A DNA stretch of 64,000 bases from contig CBDCGL010000011.1 of the NCBI GenBank assembly GCA_965216755.1, positions 1,792,001-1,856,000 on the forward strand, in the 5' to 3' direction. Made by a program: the position numbers and the translations under genes. This stretch comes from Alphaproteobacteria bacterium. Its GTDB lineage: Bacteria > Pseudomonadota > Alphaproteobacteria > UBA7887. The notes under the pieces were generated by a model. It searched no databases. It saw nothing but the letters and a program-made list of their open reading frames with translations, and was not told the DNA's origin. Below, piece by piece: positions 58,692 to 64,000 of this stretch (within the stretch, counting starts at the first letter, position 1; each line of letters starts with the position of its first letter).

Positions 58692-61070
58692 CTATTCTCT
58701 CACCTTCAAAGCTGAGACCAGATCCAGTCTGTCAAGCCGCCGCCGCACGATCAGACCGGAAAGCACTGCGGCTGCGACAGCTGTCGAGACCGCAATGCCG
58801 TAAGTTGACGGCGCCACCACCAATGGTATGCGGAACAAATCGGTTTCGAATTGCGTCGATGCTAGCCACGCTAAAAGATACCCAAGACCGCAGCCCAGTG
58901 GCAGCGCCAGAAACGTCAGGATTGCTTGTTCGCCCAGCAAAATGTAAGTGACCTCGCCGCGGGTGAAACCCAGCACCCGCAGGCTCGCCAATTCCCGCGC
59001 CCGCTCGGATAAGGCGATGCGCGCGCTGTTGAACGCGACCCCAAACGCGATCAGGCCGGCGAATCCGATGTAAAAGGTTATCGCAATCATCATGGTTTCG
59101 GCGATCGTGGCGCGAAATGTCTGAATTGCTGCGGCCTTGAGCAACACACCCGCGACGGCTGGCGCGTCTTTCAACGCGCGATAGAGCGTATCTGCGGTGC
59201 CATCGTCAACCAGCATGTGGACGCCTGAAATCGTCGGGCCCTCGCCCATCAAACGGTTGAGCGCGGGCAAGTTCATATAAGCCGCCAAGCCGACATATTC
59301 TTGCACCACGGCCGCGACCGGCACTTGCACGACGGGGCGGCGTCCTTCCATAGCGGCGACAGTCACGACTCGGCCCGCTGTGACGCCCAACAAGCTCGCC
59401 AATTTGCTGGTCACAACCAGACCATCTCGCGGCATCGCCACCGGTCGCAGCGATTCATCAAGCAACCGACTAAGCGCGGTCTTCTGCGGCAAGCCGGTAA
59501 TGGCCAGCCGCTCCTCCTTATGGCCAAAGCGAATCCGCGCGGCGACACTGCGCACCGGCTCGGTCGCCAACACGCCAGGCAGGTGCTTGATATCATGAAT
59601 GACACGTCGTGGCCGCGGCTCTTCGAACGTAACGGTCACGTGCTGGCGCTGACTGGCAGCGTATGTCACATCGATCATGTGATTGATGGCATCAAGCCCG
59701 AACATGGAGCCAATCAACACAGCAACCGACAATGAAAGCCCCAAGATAGCCAGTCCGGCGCGCACGGGCCAACGCGTCAAATGCCGCGCGATCATGCGCG
59801 TCGGCTGCGAAACCACACGAAAAAGGCCCAGTCGTTCCAAGCCCAAAGACCGATAGCTTGTCGGCGGCGCCGGCACCATGGCGACAGCCGGCGGCAACTT
59901 GACCGCGCGCCAGACCACCGTCGCCGTCCCGATTAGGGCGGCAGCGATACTGATGGCGATCGCAATCACAAAAACCGGCGGATTGGCGCGATAATCCAAA
60001 AATGGAAAGCGATAGAGCGTCGCATAAAGCTCAGTCAGTCCGCGCCCCAAGAGGGTGCCGCCGACCAGGCCAATGACCATGCCCACAGCCACCAACAGCA
60101 GCACCATCTTGGCGTAGTGCCAACCCACCGCCAGATCGCCATATCCAAATGCTTTGAGAAGACCAATTTGTTCGCGTTCGGTTTCGATCAGGCGCGCCAC
60201 GACCATATTGAGCAAGAACGCAGAGACACCGAGAAAGATAGGCGGAATGACCCGTCCCATCGCACCCAACCCCTCGATCTCGCCTTTCAAGAATGCATGC
60301 GAAACATGTTCGTCCCGTACGATCGCCCCAGCCCCACCGTATCGCTCCAAAACGCCGTCGATCTGACCAATTACTTGCCGTTCGGATGCATCGCGGGTCA
60401 GCCGGACCGTGATTTGGTTGAATGCGCCGGACAGGTCGAACGCCGCAGCCAGCGCCTCGCGTCCCATCCACAGCACACCAAACCGACGATCGTCCGGCAT
60501 CAATTGCCCGCCGCCGGTGGCATAGATGAACTCAGGCGACAACGCGATTCCGGTTATCGATAGGCGCCTTTTTCGACCCTTGATAATTGCTTGGAGATCG
60601 TCGCCGGGCGATAACCCGTGAGCCTCGGCAAACGGTTCACTCACCAAGATCTCGTCCCAGCGGTCGGCCGCGATATCGCGCCCGCGTCGGATTGCAACAT
60701 CATTGATTGGCTTGCCACCGACGGCCTCTCGCGAAACTAAGCGCCCCGTCGCAGGTTCGGCCATCGTCTCGATGTCGATCGTGACGTCTGCGATAATCCG
60801 CGATTGAACGTCGCCCACGCCGGGTATACGCACCAGTCGATTGACCAAAGATTCCGGAGCCCGCTTAACCGACGCCCAAATATCGGCGAATCGGTAACGC
60901 TCATAGTAAGCGTCGCGCGTGGTCTCCAACGAGCGCAGCGTCCCAAACGCCATCACCAATGTCGCCGCGCCGCATGCGATCACCAAAGCGATGGCCAGGG
61001 CCTGGCCCTTTATCCGCCAAATGTCGCGAACTAGCTTCCGATCAAGCACGCGCATTGGCGAAAATCCCAA
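58692..61070 (-). CDS. ABC transporter permease with two FtsX/MacB domains
   Basis: [12 protein letters not shown] and [14 protein letters not shown]; C-terminal [11 protein letters not shown]. Confidence 0.92.
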   Translation of the reverse strand: MGFSPMRVLDRKLVRDIWRIKGQALAIALVIACGAATLVMAFGTLRSLETTRDAYYERYRFADIWASVKRAPESLVNRLVRIPGVGDVQSRIIADVTIDIETMAEPATGRLVSREAVGGKPINDVAIRRGRDIAADRWDEILVSEPFAEAHGLSPGDDLQAIIKGRKRRLSITGIALSPEFIYATGGGQLMPDDRRFGVLWMGREALAAAFDLSGAFNQITVRLTRDASERQVIGQIDGVLERYGGAGAIVRDEHVSHAFLKGEIEGLGAMGRVIPPIFLGVSAFLLNMVVARLIETEREQIGLLKAFGYGDLAVGWHYAKMVLLLVAVGMVIGLVGGTLLGRGLTELYATLYRFPFLDYRANPPVFVIAIAISIAAALIGTATVVWRAVKLPPAVAMVPAPPTSYRSLGLERLGLFRVVSQPTRMIARHLTRWPVRAGLAILGLSLSVAVLIGSMFGLDAINHMIDVTYAASQRQHVTVTFEEPRPRRVIHDIKHLPGVLATEPVRSVAARIRFGHKEERLAITGLPQKTALSRLLDESLRPVAMPRDGLVVTSKLASLLGVTAGRVVTVAAMEGRRPVVQVPVAAVVQEYVGLAAYMNLPALNRLMGEGPTISGVHMLVDDGTADTLYRALKDAPAVAGVLLKAAAIQTFRATIAETMMIAITFYIGFAGLIAFGVAFNSARIALSERARELASLRVLGFTRGEVTYILLGEQAILTFLALPLGCGLGYLLAWLASTQFETDLFRIPLVVAPSTYGIAVSTAVAAAVLSGLIVRRRLDRLDLVSALKVRE

Positions 61071-61083
61071 TTCTGTCGACGGT

Positions 61084-61806
61084 CTACCAAGCTATATTCT
61101 CGACCGCGGTCCGGGTCGGATTGACCGTCACTTTGACGATCTGGCCGTCCGCGAAAGACATTACCCGATCAGCCATGGCGGCAATCGCCACATTGTGCGT
61201 GATCAGCGCTGTCGTGGTCCCCAAAGTCCGATTGATGCGATCAATCGCCTCGAGAACCACGATGCCCGTGCGACTGTCCAACGCACCAGTTGGCTCATCG
61301 CACAACAAAACTTGCGGCCGCTTCGCGATGGCTCGCGCGATCGCGACACGCTGCTGTTCACCACCGGACAATTGGGACGGAAAGTGGTCCATCCGTTCGC
61401 CGAGCCCGACCAGCCGGAGCGCTTCGTCGGCGGCCATTGGTGCTCTCGCGATTTCGGTCACCAGCGCCACGTTTTCGCGCGCGGTCAGGCTGGGTATCAA
61501 ATTGTAGAACTGAAAGACAAAGCCGACATGATCGCGGCGATAGGCCGTCATTTCGCGATCGTTGAAGCCGGTCAGCCTGCGCTCATCGAAATAGACGTCG
61601 CCCGATGTCGGCACGTCTAGACCGCCGAGAATATTCAGCAAGGTTGACTTGCCGCTCCCCGACGGACCGACAAGTACAACCAGTTCACTCTTGTAGAATT
61701 CACAGTCGACGCCGCGCAGGGCTTGAACGTCGATGGCGTCCGTGCGGTAAACCTTGGTGACCCCAACCATGCGGAACGTACGCTGCTGCCCCGACAAGGT
61801 CGTCAC
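61084..61806 (-). CDS. ABC transporter ATP-binding protein (LolD/MacB type)
   Basis: [32 protein letters not shown]. Confidence 0.94.
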   Translation of the reverse strand: MTTLSGQQRTFRMVGVTKVYRTDAIDVQALRGVDCEFYKSELVVLVGPSGSGKSTLLNILGGLDVPTSGDVYFDERRLTGFNDREMTAYRRDHVGFVFQFYNLIPSLTARENVALVTEIARAPMAADEALRLVGLGERMDHFPSQLSGGEQQRVAIARAIAKRPQVLLCDEPTGALDSRTGIVVLEAIDRINRTLGTTTALITHNVAIAAMADRVMSFADGQIVKVTVNPTRTAVENIAW

Positions 61807-61884
61807 GCGCGGTCTGTTTCATCACCCGGCGGTCCGGGTGGACATTGGAGATTTCGGCCCGGCTCAACCGGGCCGAAGGCTGGT

Positions 61885-62583
61885 TTATTTTGTGTTCGCC
61901 AGGGCGTAGTCCCGGCTTTTGCGGGCGTAGAAAATATGACGGCCCAGTTTGATATTGGCATTGAACGCATGGCGCCAGCTTGGCTGTACATAGTCAGCAT
62001 GATACCAGAGGGCACCATCGGTCGGATCGTCGACCTCCAGGTTATACACCTTTTGGGCGACCAGTTTGCTGCGTTCCCACGCCCTATCATCTCGCGGCTT
62101 GTCGCTGCGCCCATCGCACCACCAGGAGAATTGACACCGGTTCAAGACTCGCTCGCCGCCCTGTCGAACGACTCCACAAATGGTTTCCGGAAAAACCCGA
62201 TCGCGCACGCGATTCAAGACGACATGTGCGACCGCAACCTGACCGGCGTGTGGTTCGCTGCGTGCTTCGAAATAGACATTGAGCGCCAGGCACCTCAGTT
62301 CGGCTTGGCGTTTGCCGTCGACAAGCGCGTCGGCATGACCAGGCACGGGTGGCGCCGCGAGCGATACACCAGCTTGGTCGGTCATTTCCTGCTTGACCAA
62401 AGTCACTTGCCACGTCGGCGGCAGGTCTCGTTTCGAAATCTCGAACGAGCGGGACAGCACGTCGGAGGCAACCTGGAACGTGCCCGGGCTTTCGCCCGTC
62501 GCCGGGCTCAGATTGAACAAGAGACCGACGTGAAGCGCACATGCGAATGAGATCACTGACCCGATTTTTGTGGGTGACTCCAT
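61885..62583 (-). CDS. Cell wall hydrolase (SleB/Hydrolase_2 family)
   Basis: CLALNVYFEARSE, VVLNRV, CQFSWWCD, DPTDGALWYHADYV, GRHIFY. Confidence 0.92.
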   Translation of the reverse strand: MESPTKIGSVISFACALHVGLLFNLSPATGESPGTFQVASDVLSRSFEISKRDLPPTWQVTLVKQEMTDQAGVSLAAPPVPGHADALVDGKRQAELRCLALNVYFEARSEPHAGQVAVAHVVLNRVRDRVFPETICGVVRQGGERVLNRCQFSWWCDGRSDKPRDDRAWERSKLVAQKVYNLEVDDPTDGALWYHADYVQPSWRHAFNANIKLGRHIFYARKSRDYALANTK

Positions 62584-62886
62584 CCGGCTGTGCCGCTCCT
62601 CCGAGGAAGATGCGGAAATGTCGGTCGATGCGTCGAGGCCGTGTGTGCGAGGTTCCATCTTGCCGCCGTTTTACTTGCCCTGAACGGCCCCGATATCCCC
62701 GCGGGAGCCGTATCTTTTGATGGACGCAACGATACGGCAGTTGCCACATTTTGGTCATGATCCAATTAAACTAAAATTGTTTGGATTTGCCGGAGAGGCC
62801 CAAATTTCACCCCGCAGAACGATATATTCTGTTGATTATCAGTTATTTACATGATGATCTGATCGACAGAGCGTACCGTTGCGGGC

Positions 62887-63387
62887 TTAATCCTCGCGCC
62901 GCCAGGTCACCCGAACATAGTACCCGGAGTCGTCATAGTGAATATTGACGTCGCCGCCATGGGCATCGCGAAGCGCGCGCCCGATCCCCGGCGGCCCGTG
63001 GATATCCGTTGTGAAAATCACATACCCGTCAGGCCCCTCTTCAACCCTCAAGATCCGGTGAAGCGGATGTTCGATCGCTTCGCGTTCCACACGATGGCGT
63101 GCCAACGCCAATATCTCATCGTGGTGTGCCACAGCAAATGCACCAGAGATCCGCACTTCGCCGGCCGGCATATTGTCCGCCTGCCGCTGACAAGCCGGAC
63201 AGGACACAACCTTGGCATTGGTCGCGGCTTCAGCCCGTCGCCAGCGTCCTTGCGCAAACACCAGTCCACAAGTCCCGCAAACCGAAGGTCCGGACGGTTT
63301 CAAACGAACCATATACGGATCGTGAATGTGTTCCCTAATTTGTCGATCACGGCGATTCGGCCGCGATCCCGTATCGGCTGGGGGCAT
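62887..63387 (-). CDS. BCAM0308-family (NMD3-like Zn-ribbon) protein
   Basis: HDPY, CGTCG..GRW, CPAC, EHPLHRI, TTDIH, YVRVTWRR. Confidence 0.8.
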   Translation of the reverse strand: MPPADTGSRPNRRDRQIREHIHDPYMVRLKPSGPSVCGTCGLVFAQGRWRRAEAATNAKVVSCPACQRQADNMPAGEVRISGAFAVAHHDEILALARHRVEREAIEHPLHRILRVEEGPDGYVIFTTDIHGPPGIGRALRDAHGGDVNIHYDDSGYYVRVTWRRED

Positions 63388-63741
63388 GATGAGACTCGCA
63401 ATTTAATAACCAGGCCCGTCGCACTCGCGGCACATCTGGCCAGCACTGGGCGCGCACGCAACTGGTGAAACACTGACTGTTGGCGGCCTGTCGCGTCGCT
63501 AAAATGAGTTAAGAGCGGATCGTCTTATTGAATTGGCGTTAAAATCGCGGTGACGGCCGCGGGGCCAAGCCGAACTGCTGGACTGGGATAAATTTACTCA
63601 GTGAGCGGCCATCGCCACACTCGGGCTGAGCCGTTCCCCAGGCGCGTAGTACCACCGCACGCTGCCCCCCATTCGCAGGGTACGACGCCACGGCCCAGCG
63701 CCGAGTGTAGCCCGATACATATATCACTAGTCTTTTGGAGT

Positions 63742-64000
63742 ATGAAAGATCATCTTGTCAATGAATAGGCAACGTTTCGAAGTCGTTCTGAAATATGCGC
63801 AGCCGTTCAATGCGATGCTGGTCGGCCGTCACAGCTTTGTCACTCGGCAAACAGTATCGCGGGCGGCAGAAGCAGCATCCCAAAACGCGTCAGATCAGGT
63901 TATTGGAATAGTACCGCCGGGCCAAGCAAAGGCCGAAACGCGGCACTGCCGAAGCTTAATCAAGCGGAAAGATCGTTCTGATCCAAACAATAGTGAAGGC
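63742..64000 (+). pseudogene. Possible degenerate universal-stress-protein-like remnant (runs off window)
   Basis: Frameshifted MK-IILV..RFEVVLKYA..FNAMLVGRH loosely resembles a USP N-terminus; weak. Confidence 0.2.

Noticed and set aside
62815-62875. FNR/FixK box near the BCAM0308 and SleB genes
   Set aside because: Only half-sites; no TTGAT-N4-ATCAA match

Overview
GC-rich (~60%) alphaproteobacterial chromosome segment, probably Rhodospirillales-like (inferred from trcR, an rcdA-like gene, DUF2336, DUF1192, Cys-less L31 and an alpha-r8/MmgR-type sRNA). It is mostly housekeeping and metabolic: purK/purE, pfkA, pip, an MsbA-like ABC exporter, rpmE, metY, hldE, ubiX, class Ia nrdAB, thiolase plus DUF35, a class III cyclase, a PAS-EAL protein, an OmpA-family protein, ada/alkA-ogt, a UvrD-family helicase, rpoH and a MacAB-like ABC system. 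I found no rRNA, tRNA, CRISPR array, transposase or prophage. Most notable: (1) two copies, 40 kb apart, of an AT-rich ~90-bp non-coding element with 23-28-bp perfect terminal inverted repeats; its interior carries a pair of NrdR-box-like 16-mers at 30-31-bp spacing, suggesting a REPIN/MITE-like element that may carry a dNTP-sensing operator; (2) a closely coupled nicotinate dehydrogenase / 6-hydroxynicotinate reductase operon with an ATP-dependent hydantoinase/oxoprolinase A-B pair and no enamidase; (3) an in-frame ~220-bp, ~38% GC patch inside a diiron-protein gene; (4) an apparently exported formamidase-family operon; (5) a passenger-less autotransporter barrel paired with a lipoprotein hydrolase; (6) an MmgR-like sRNA with a perfect CtrA box upstream. 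All calls come from reading motifs by eye; no searches were run.
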